Origin: Cetorhinus maximus
Taxonomy: Eukaryota
Assembly: GCF_964194155.1 (NCBI RefSeq)
Contig: NC_135902.1
Span: forward strand, 46,624,001 to 46,688,000
Reading direction: 5' to 3'
DNA: 64,000 bases
Positions within the stretch are counted from its first letter, which is position 1. Each line of letters starts with the position of its first letter. The translations under genes were made by a program, and so were the position numbers. Of the stretch, positions 26,635 through 36,742 are shown in pieces. A model generated the notes under the pieces. That model did no database searches. It saw only the letters and a list, made by a program, of their open reading frames with translations, and was not told the DNA's origin.

Positions 26635-26990
26635 CAACAACAAAAACTAATTATAACATAAAATATCCCAAGGTGCTTCACTGAAGCATCATAAGACAAA
26701 ATTTTAAACTGAGCCACATAAGTACACATTGTGGTTGATCATCAAAAGCTTTGTCAGGAGACAGATTTTGAATATTAGAGGAAATTTCTGCTCATCCAGT
26801 ACCAGGTATTGGGCAAGCAGTCTGAAAATTCTGAGTCGGTGGAGTGATTGAGACGTAGTGAAGTAGAGCTGGGTGTATCAGTGGACATGTGGAAACTGAT
26901 GCAGTGTGACAGATGATACATTTAGATGAGAAATAGAAAATAGGACTTCCTGGACACCCTGCTATTGTACTCCAGCAACAATGACCAGTA
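26635..26990 (-). mobile_element. Degenerate L2 fragment
   Basis: Reversed L2 tail at ~26640-26770 and a decayed FHMYADDTQL-type motif at ~26865-26900. Confidence 0.55.
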
Positions 26991-29159
26991 GTCACATTTT
27001 CATTGGCACTTTGTTCAACCACTACTAAGGGATAAAACCTGGTATCTTTCCAACAACTTAAGATGAGTAACGTCTCTAATTTTTTAAAGGAGTAATTTTT
27101 GGGCCAGCATGTCATCCCACAGTTGTCTTACATGCTGCCACAGGAAGCCGCTGCGGTGACAGAATGAAGTACTCACCCATGGGCATCCATGCTCCGAGTT
27201 TCTGACCTCCGTAGCATTGGTATAGAGCAGAGAAAAGCTGAGTGGAGGCCAGGCACTTTCTCGTTAGCAGTTCCAGGGGTAGGAATGAAGTCTGGGACCT
27301 AGCTAGCTGGCCCTCAATCTGGGCTGGTGCGCCAAGGTCCAATTTGGGAGAAGCAGGGGAGAGCCCACCAAAATGGGAGTAATAATCACATAGAGCTTTC
27401 AGCATAATAATGGCACATCTATGGTGTGTGCCACTTTATGCTGCAGAAATTCTGGGCAATTGTGATATGAATGACTTATCATATTATATACTGAGATTTT
27501 TGCACTATTCCACAGAGACTGATAAAGTAGAACGGCTCATTATAGCTCTACCCCCATTAAAATCAGTGATGAGATTGAGCTTGCTGAACCAATGCCACTG
27601 TGATCTCCATTTAGACCATCACAGAGTAGTGCTGGAGGCTTCAATCAATATTCAACCATGTTTTGACAGTATTGATGAAGGCTCCACAAAATAAAATAAA
27701 ATCCCCTGGGTACAAAATGTTGAAGGAGTTATACTTTTTTGAAACAATGATTATTTGACAGGCCAAGGGATTCTACTGATTTATTTAAAAACTGAAACCT
27801 AGTAATGGGAGGTGTAAAGACTTCCTGACATTCATGTGGGTTACAGAAATCTACTTTCATATCAGCCCATATTATCAGGAAAGGAATTGTAAGCCATTTT
27901 ATCAAAAACATTTGATCTTTGTTAGAAGTGAAGTTTGGCCAAACGCTGGAGGTTCAATTATTTACAATGAAGACTCTGACAAACTGTAGGGCTGGATTTA
28001 GTTGTGAAAATAACTGAGGCCAACAGTGTGACACTTTTGTTAGCAGACTGGTGCTGTTTCGCGTTGCCCTGATTATAAACAATGAGAACCCATTGCCAAA
28101 GAGGAAAAATAACTCTGATTCATACTAAGCAAGCTTTTAAATGTATTAGGAAACCTGAAGAAATTGCTTGAGCCTTTTGCATTTATGGAGGTATTAATTA
28201 AGCTGTTGTTCCTTTCTGCGTTGGACCCTGGTACCTTGGATCTGCATTAAACGTTGACCCACGTGCTCCCGATCAGCCACTAGTTTGTTGCGAGAATTCT
28301 AATGATTTTCCCAGCAAATAGTGTTGTGAGTATCCTGCCGGGTGATCAGCAGGCTCTCTTCACACCAGGTTGAAGTGGTGAGACATCAGTTCTAATTACT
28401 TCACAACTGCAGTTTGTAATGCTACCTGGTATTCAAAAATTGTTTGGAATAGGTTTTTCTCAAGGGGAGGCAAAGAGGGAATTTGAATTTTTGTGCAATA
28501 TATGTTATATTTAAATGATCAGCTAAGAACAATGTTCCTAGAAGCTCTTTGGCTTTTGTCTTTATCCCCTTACCCCTTTGAGAGATGGGTGAGGAATGGC
28601 TGGGAGAACAGCAAAAAGAATGAAAAGAACGTTTACAGAACCAATAAGATCACAGATATGCAGATATGGCCTTTTGGCAGTTTAGCTCAAAAACAAAAAC
28701 CTATAATTTAATTTCTCCCTCCCCCGATTCTTCATTACAGCGTGTAAAAGCCTCTTGAATTACTCAAATTTTTGTGTCTGGTATTTTGCCCAGAAGATAT
28801 GTGAAGAGGTGCACCCGACATTGTTGCATACTGCCATTTTTCTGTCTTATTCCTTTCCCTGGACCTCACATGGTAAAGATTTAATATGAATTTTACTAAT
28901 GTTTAATGTTTTCTGTTCCACTTAGTATTTTGCATACCTCTATATAGTCCCTTCCTGCATACCTCCTTTCAGGGCATAAAAATTCAACCTTTTCAAATTT
29001 GCCTTGGATTGAAATTCTACTGATTTGGCAATAGTACATTCAGTTTGCTTTGTTAGTTGCTGCTCTGCAATGACTGGGAGTAGCCAGGTTACACAATGCC
29101 CAGATCTCTCAGCCCCTCTCCTAGCTAGTTCAACACCGTTGACCATCATAGAATCAATG

Positions 29160-29392
29160 AACACAGAAACAGAAAATACTGGAAAAACTCAGCAGGACTG
29201 ACAGCATCTGTGGAGAGAAAGACCAAGTTAATGTTTCAAGACTGTATGACTCTTCAGAGTTCTGAAGAGTCAAATGGACTTGAAACGTTAACTGTCTTTC
29301 TCTCCACAGATGCTGTTAAACCTGTTGAGTTTTTCCAGCGTTTTCTGCTTTTGTTTTGGATTTCCAGCATCCGCAGTATTTTGCTTTTATTA
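29160..29392. mobile_element. Foldback PLE-B pLTR pair with hammerhead-like motifs
   Basis: ~29163-29258 is the reverse complement of ~29261-29356. The + strand carries agtt-CTGAAGA-gtc...gac-tt-GAAACGTT-aact. Confidence 0.8.
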
Positions 29393-29559
29393 CAGTGGTA
29401 TTCCCTTTAGCCTGGGAATGAGCCAAAGTGGTGCCTATTTTCAGGAACAAAGCAAAACGAATAAATTCCAAACCCAGTAGCATTGCAGCAATAACTGCAA
29501 AATAATGGTAGTAAAAAGGAATTAATCGCTGGAAACAAACTTGAGTAGCATAGCATCTC

Positions 29560-29920
29560 AGCTGATACTCCAGTGCAGTACTGAGGGAGTCGCTGTATTG
29601 TTGGGGGTGCGAGTTTTGGATGATATGTTAAACCAAATCCCTGTCTGCCCTCTCATGTAGATGTAAAAGATCTCAAGCCACTATTTCGAAGAAGAGCAAA
29701 GGAATTATCTCTGACTAATATTTATCCCTCAATCATCCCTCAAAAGCAAATTAACTCTCATTATTCTCTGGCAGTTTGTGGGAGCATGCTGTGCATAAAT
29801 TGGCTGCCCCGTTTCCTATGTTGCTACAGTAACTGCACTTCATCAGTGCTCTATTGCCTGTAAAGCACTTTGGGATGTCCTGTGGTATGAAAGGTGGTAC
29901 ATAAACGTATGTCTTTTTCT
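29560..29920 (+). mobile_element. DeuSINE-type SINE, head truncated
   Basis: gctgatactccagtgcagtactgaggg...gtaaaagatctcaagccactatttcgaagaagagc matches the 62080 copy. Confidence 0.75.
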
Positions 29921-30555
29921 TTAAAGTAGCAGCCAAAATTTGAGAAGGGCAGATTAGATCTAACCAACCACCTTGATTTGAAAATGAAGGGTCATCCCAA
30001 GCAGACATTAGAAAACCAATGACGTGTGGAGACATTGGCACTGAATGGTTTGTTTCCATGTTGTTGCCTCCTTTATTTCTAGGTAGAATTTAACAGTTTA
30101 ATTAAAGGCAACCCTTGGTGGCAACAATAGCATTCAAAGCATTTTTAGCATCTTTGCATAGAGTAAAATACAAAACAGCAGGGAAGAAATATCCACTTGC
30201 CTGGCAGCCTGCTAAAATCTTTTAACATAATTGCATCCTGTGGTGTTAATGGCATTCTATTATATGAGGGGTGGATCCAGTTTTGTCCCTGGAGCAATAG
30301 TAATTGCCACTTAAATTATTTCAACACTATTATTTTTTAATAGATTTACTGTGAATTTAAATATGTGCTAATGCTGATACCTTGAGCTTTAATTCTATAT
30401 GATTTTGAAATGTAGATACTGAAGCAGAGGAATAGATAGAGGATAGATGGTGAGCACCAGTCATTAAGTGAAGAATATTGAATTTTGTATTTTGCTCAAT
30501 TTGTTTTTTATTGACTATTGTTCACTACCCCTTTGAATCTAGCCTCAATATTTAA

Positions 30556-31167
30556 GACAAAAACAAAAATACCAGGTCTGACAGCATCTGCGGAGAGGGA
30601 TACAGTTAATGTTTCGGCGGACTCGAAATATTAACTGTATCCCTCTCCGCAGAAACAAAATTACCTGGAAAAACTCAGCAGGTCTGGCAGCATCGGCGGA
30701 GAAGAAAAGAGTTGACGTTTCGAGTCCTCACGACCCTTCAACAGAACTGAGTATAGTTAGGAGAGGGGTGAAATATAAGCTGGTTTAAGGTGGCGGGGGG
30801 AGAAGTTGAGGGGGGTGGGTGGTTGTAGGGACAAGCAAGCAGTGATAGGAGCAGATAATCAAAAGATGTCACAAACAAAAGGATCAAAGAGGTGTTGAAG
30901 GTGGTGATATTATCTAAGAAAATGTGCTAATTAAGAATGGATGGCAGGACACTCAAATAATGGAAATAGGTGGGAAAAGAAAAATCTATATAAATTATTG
31001 AAAAAAACAGAAGGGAGGGGGAAGAAACGGGGTGGGGATGGGGGGAGGGAGTTTAAGATCAAAGTTCCAGTGAAGCCCAACGCAAACTGGAGGAACAGCA
31101 CCTCATCTTCCGACTAGGCACTTTACAGCCTTCCGGGCTGAATATTGAATTCAACAACTTTAGATCT
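30556..31167. mobile_element. Composite PLE-B locus: mini-palindrome, antisense pLTR and inverted GIY-YIG C-terminus
   Basis: Hairpin at 30587-30653 and pLTR at ~30654-31060. 31069-31167 (+) reads SEAQRKLEEQHLIFRLGTLQPSGLNIEFNNFRS, typical of the C-terminus of Penelope GIY-YIG endonucleases. Confidence 0.85.
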
Positions 31168-31526
31168 ATTCGAAATCCTGTGTCCGTTTTCAGGGATATT
31201 TGTGAACGTATAGCTATTTGATCTTTGGCCTCTGAAATTCTAAGGAGAGTAGTCTAAGCTATAGTCAATTCCCACAGCAGTAAAAAATACAAGAAACATT
31301 ACAACAACAGAATAGTTTGGCATTTGATCATGAATTTTTATTGATTTCCATCCAAGGAGGTAGATAAAATGATTTCTGCTCTTTCAATTTATCACTGATA
31401 CTTGCTTGTTCACCCTTAGTAAAATAGATGTGTGTAATAGCTTAAAAGCAAAGTATGAAGTTGCAAATAAAAACAGAAAATGCTGGAAGTACTCAGCAGG
31501 TTAGGCAGCATCTGTGGACAGAAAAA

Positions 31527-32298
31527 GTAACAAGTAACGTTCACACCACATAAGTGCCAGGCAAAGATCATCTCCAACAAGAGAGAACCAACCATCTTCC
31601 CTTGACATTCAATGGCATTACAATCACTGAATTCCCCTCTATCAACATCTGGAGGTTACTGTTGACCAGAAACTGAACTGGATCTGCCATATAAATATTG
31701 TGGCTACAAGAGCAGGTCAGAGACTAGGAATTCTGAAGTGAGTAACTTGCCTCCTCACTCCCCAAAGCTTGTCGACCATCTACAAGACAGAAGACAGGAA
31801 TGTGATGGATACACTCCACTTGCCTAGATGAGTGCAGCTCCAACAACACTCAAGAAACTTGACACCATCCAGGTCAAAGCAGCCCGCTTGATCAGCATCC
31901 CGTCCACCAGCTTTAAACGTTCACTTGTGGCAGCATTGTGTACCATCTTTAAGATGCACTGCAACAACTCATCAAGGCTCCTTTGACAGCACCATCCAAA
32001 CCCATGACCTCTACCTCATCGGAGGACAAGGGCAGCAGATACACAGGAGCACCATCACCTGCAAGTTCCCTTCCAAGCCATGCATCATCCTGACTTGGAG
32101 TTATATCACTGTTCCTTCACTGGTGCTGAGTCAAAATCCTGGAACTCCCTCCCTAACAGCACTGTGGGCGTACTCTCATAACATGGACTGCAGCAGTTCA
32201 AGAAGGTGCTCAAGACCACCTCAGGGCAATTAGGGATGGGCAATAATTGCTGGCCCAGCCAGCAATGCCCACACTCTGTGAAAGAATAATAAAAAAAG
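31527..32298 (+). mobile_element. 3' fragment of the Crack/L2-type LINE, inserted between inverted PLE-B pLTR halves (31445-31526, 32300-32400)
   Basis: Colinear with 38180-38963 and ends in gaataataaaaaa. Confidence 0.85.
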
Positions 32299-32659
32299 AA
32301 AAGTTTACTCTGGTCGTCCCTGCAGGGATGCTGCCTGCCTGCTGAGTATTTCTAGCATTTTCTGTTTTTATTTCAGATTTCAGCATCCACTGAATTTGAA
32401 GTTGTAAACCTTTATTGCTTATCAAATATGGAGAGATCCTATAGAGACATAAGATAATTCAACAGCTAAATCAGATAAATTGTTCTGATCATTACCTGAT
32501 TAAGACACTCTTGAAAACAGAGTCAAGAATCACTCTTGAGACTGATATGAAATTCTGGAAACAAAAACTCTAGATTAAGAACAGTATCAAAGATCCAAAA
32601 ATATAACAATGTTTATGGAAATGAAAGGGCTCATTCCCAAGTCAATGTATCTGAAACTC

Positions 32660-32885
32660 TTTGTTGTTTCATGGGATGTGGGCATCTCTGACAAGGCCAG
32701 CATTTGTTACCCATTCCTAATTGCCCTTGAACAGAATGCCTTGTAAGGCCATTTCAGAGGGCAGTTAAGAGTCAACCACATTGCTGTAGGTCTTGAGTCA
32801 TATGTAAGCCAAACTAGGTAAGGATGGCAGATTTAGCCTGGGCCTTTGAATTACAAGTCCAGTGACATTCCCACTACACCACCAA
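32660..32885 (-). mobile_element. tRNA-derived SINE sharing head, body and tail with the 36743-38963 element
   Basis: The reverse complement joins the body (gactc...cagcaatgtggttgactcttaactgccctctgaaatggcc) directly to the LINE tail (caagggcaattagg...gcccacatcccat). Confidence 0.75.
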
Positions 32886-33818
32886 ACAAGAGAGGTGAAA
32901 TTGGTGGGCTTACAATTGTAGAGGTAAGAATTACTGAAGCTGCTTTCTTTGTCTAGATGCAATGGTCTCATCTAAATTCTTCAGAAAGTGGGTGAAACAT
33001 CTTGCCAAAAAACCTTGTTAAATGTACTTTTTTTGTGTTCTGTAATAAGTTGCATTCAAATTAATACTTCAAACAGCTGAGGGCATTGTGGTGGAACTGA
33101 TGGATGTAAAGTGTTGGTATAAATGATACAATATGTCATGCAGTCACGCAGTTGTCACTGTGAAAAATGGGTAACTTGGGTCTGTAGGTGGTCTGAAGTT
33201 TAAGGGTGTGAATTAGCTATGCAGCAATTGGGATTTTTAAAAAATATAATTCAAATAATTTTCAGGTTTTGACCTTTCTTCAACTATCATTGGAGGAAGG
33301 CAAGTGAGTTGCATCACCACCACTGTCGAGTCTTCAGTTATGCAGTTAACCGTTGGAGGTATGCGAGGGTAGCCAGGAGTTGATCCCTCTGCAGAAGCCC
33401 CTCTTTTCCACATCTCCTTACCTCACTCTTGCTACCTTCTCAGTTGCACATCCAAGATAGGCATCTCATTGCGAGGGGATGCACCCATATCATTTAGCTG
33501 TGTGGCTAACATCAGCTTCTGTTCTTGGGTTGTGTTTGGCCTTTCCCCATTCAAAAATAAATAAATCTTTGATTCGTGTTACAGTTTTCAGCTGTGCTAT
33601 GTTTGCACAACTCCTAATGGCCTAAGAGTGACTTTGGGCAAGGTTAATCTCTGGTTAATGATGATTTCAAAGAGGAGCGATGTGCATGTGTGTTGCCTGG
33701 GCTTATTTTAATTTGGACTAGCTTTATTCGATTAAAATTAGTTGCTTTCCAGCGAATACATTCTGATCTATCTATGAAGTTAGACCCTGCATGGATAAAA
33801 CAAGCTTATGATCGTCAA

Positions 33819-34118
33819 TAAAAAACAGTGTGTGCTGGGAAAACTCAGCAGGTTGGCAGCATCTGTGGAGAGAGAAACAGAGTTAATGTTTCAAGTCCAT
33901 ATGACTCTTCAGAACTAAAGAGAAGTAGAGATGTGATGGATTTTATACAGTTTAAGAGGAGGTGGAGCAAAATAGGTCAGGGATAGGTGGGAGCTAAGGA
34001 TAAATTTGACAAAGATGTCATGGACACAGGACAAAGGGAATGTTAATAGTAGTGTTAAAGATTAAAGAAGGTGCTAATAGTGGCATAGAGGTAAGATAGC
34101 AGAATGTGTTAATAGCAG
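33819..34118 (-). mobile_element. PLE-B pLTR copy
   Basis: Family motif present. Degenerate TSD aagcttatgatcgtcaa (33802-33818) / aagcttataatcattaa (34119-34135). Confidence 0.8.
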
Positions 34119-34216
34119 AAGCTTATAATCATTAACAATATTAGATATTTTATCTAACAGAAGTGGTAAATTGAAAAGAATATTTATATTAAAAAAAACC
34201 TTGCCTAATCTTAAAG

Positions 34217-34356
34217 AAGGGTCTGAAGAAGGGTCATAAAGACTCGAAACATCAACTCTGTTTTTCTCTCCACAGATGCTGTCAGACCTGCTGAGTTTTC
34301 CCAGCATTTTCTGTTTTCCTTTCAGATTTCCAGCATCTGCAGTATTTTGCTTTTAT
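34217..34356 (+). mobile_element. PLE-B pLTR copy with hammerhead-like motif
   Basis: CTGAAGAagggtcataaagactcGAAAcatc. Exact 12 bp TSD ctaatcttaaag at 34205-34216 and 34357-34368. Confidence 0.85.
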
Positions 34357-34791
34357 CTAATCTTAAAGCTTTTGTTTTAAATTATACCTGAAGAATTTTA
34401 AAATGTTGTAAATATGGCATAGGAGAACAGCATATTCAGAATTAAACAATGCCCTGGAAATACACATCAGGTCAAGAAAATACACTCCAGGAAAGGCACA
34501 GACCTAGAATTTACTGAAAAAATAAGTTTGCGTGAACGATGCACTACATTCGACCAGCAAGTTATGGCAATTAAACACTAACCCGTGAATTACAGATTAC
34601 CACCGGTTGCCAGTCAATTTATAATGCTGCACTGTTAGCTTTGCAAAAATGGCATTTCATTTTTAGCCACCTGTGATTCTCATAAAGTTGCTGTATTTGC
34701 ACAGTAATTACCCATTAAACTTGCCATAGAGAGTTAAGCCTAACAATTAACAATGCAAGTGTGCTTTAAAAGTATAATTGTTAATGACTGC

Positions 34792-35533
34792 TGTGATGGA
34801 CCACATGGTTTCAAACTTGCATTTTTTGAGACAGACCCTAATTGAAAAGGGAAACTGTTTCTCCCAGTTGCTAAGGAAACTAAGACTGAAACAGATTGAA
34901 ATCCAAAACCTCTGGTTAAAACCATATAAAAGAGCACAGAGCCCTCAGAGCTCAGTTGATGACGAGCCCACTGGTGTAGTACAGGCAGGCCGAGGATGGC
35001 GGAGGCTACATCCAGAAGTTGGAGCTGGAGCTGAGGAAAACTTTGGTGGGACTGCCGAAGCAGAGTTGAGGAGATCCTGCAGACATGTGCCATTTTTGGT
35101 GAAGACTGGTTGGTTGTGCGCTGATGTTAGCTGCAATCAGGCTAAACCCCAGAAGGAGAGCTGAAGTTCTTCGTGAGGAAAACAGAGTTTTGAAGGACTT
35201 TGTGACTGTGATTGATGATGTATAGGCCGAGTGGACTGCTGAGCCAATTCATAAGACCTGTCTTCGTTGTATCAGCCACTTCATGTGTAATTTATAGTTT
35301 ATAATTGATTGCAATTTTTCTGTTAATTTATGTTGGGCCTATGTTGGTTCTGGGTTTTAGAATATAGGTGGTCAACTAAGATACTATTTAGGCTTTACCT
35401 TGTTTGACTCTTGTATAGTAATTTTTTTTGGTTTACGTCTTGAAATCTTCGGACTTCATTCTTTGTCAATAATTGGGATTTTGGATTTCTTCTTTTAAAA
35501 AAAAAGTTACTGGTCTTGACTGAGATTATAACA
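34792..35533 (+). mobile_element. Probable solo LTR (Gypsy/ERV type)
   Basis: Termini TGTGAT...ATAACA, flanks ctgc/ctgt (4 bp TSD, one mismatch), and a TATAAAA box at ~34925. The 3' part resembles ~56960-57087. Confidence 0.6.
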
Positions 35534-35567
35534 CTGTCAATCAACCTCTTACCCAGAAATTGAACAT

Positions 35568-35995
35568 TTTTTATTCATTCGTGGGAAATGGGCGTTGCTG
35601 GGAAGCCCAGCATTTATTGCCCTTGGGAAGTTGATGGCGATGGTACTTTTTGAACCACTGCAATCCTTGTGAAAGTACTCCCACAGTGCTTTTGTGTATT
35701 ATAGCTTTTCATAACTGTTTAAGACAACTGAGTGGCTTGTGAGCCCGTTGCATAGGGCAGTAATATATCAACTGCATTCCTGTGGGCCTGGAGTCACCTT
35801 TTGCCCAGATCAGATAAGAAGGGTGGCAGGTTTCCTTCCCTAAAGGATGTTAGTGAATTAGTTGGGTTATACCGCAATCCGATAGTTTCGTGGTCATCAT
35901 TGATACTAGCTTTTTATTCCAGATGTATTTAATTAGTTGAATTTAAATTCTGCAGTTGTCATGACGAGGTTTGAACTTATAGCACCATAGATTAT
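35568..35995 (-). mobile_element. SINE of the tRNA-headed family related to 36743-38963
   Basis: Reversed tail (tttttattcattcgtggga...cagcatttattgccc) and body (ttccttccctaaaggatgttagtgaa). Confidence 0.65.
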
Positions 35996-36104
35996 TTCAG
36001 CAAATGGCTGTTTTCTTCTAAGGCCACAGTCCTTTAAAGTGTTAGTTTTTGTATTTAGAGATTGTCTCATGCATTGAAATGTTTTTCCTGTTAATGTCTT
36101 GCAG

Positions 36105-36187
36105 ATCCACTGTCCATGAGCCCTCAGAAAGCTTTGGAAAGTATTGGTGCTAATTTACAGAAGCAGTATGAGAATTGGCAACCAAGG
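36105..36187 (+). CDS. RPTOR: RPTOR coding exon (equivalent to human exon 3), (D)PLSMSPQKALESIGANLQKQYENWQPR
   Basis: 83 nt exon with a tcttgcag acceptor and GTGAGT donor. It joins the previous exon in phase (G|AT = Asp) and continues the Raptor RNC domain. Confidence 0.97.
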
Positions 36188-36742
36188 GTGAGTTTTGTTT
36201 ATTCAGCATTGTGAATAAATTTAACAAATTGAATTGAAACGATAGTGCTTTTCTAAATGTGCAGTTATAACCCAAACAAAATGCAGAATTTGCAACTGTA
36301 TGCTGTTTGATGAGTAGAAACTGAATGTTATCTGATTGAAGAGGTCTGTTACCATTTGTCTTGCCTGCTGTTGACCTGATCGATTTTTCCTCCCCAAGTT
36401 ACAGGAATGTGTCATTGTTCAGATTGTTGTCTGACGCTTGTGTTTCCTGGTGGCAATAACCTGAATTCTCTGCGTTTGCTATATATGTATTTATTTAAAT
36501 GCAGAGATTTTGCAACAATTCAGTATTATGCCATTATTTCCTCAATCCTCTGATATAGCAGCCACTTGTTTCTCTTTCAGCTTTATCTGTTGTGTTTGGT
36601 AGCTTTTAGATTTTAGATATAACTCGTTGCAACTTGTGTTTTCGTTGCAGTTGATGAATAGAATGCTATCATTGACCTATATCTCTGTCTTCAAAAATGC
36701 TGCTCACCAGTGTCCTCAAAAAAATTCATCTTCAGCTCAACA

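Noticed and set aside
26788-26869. Skipped segment as a spliced-out intron (retrocopy explanation for the 26.2 kb duplicate)
   Set aside because: The boundaries do not give GT-AG on either strand.
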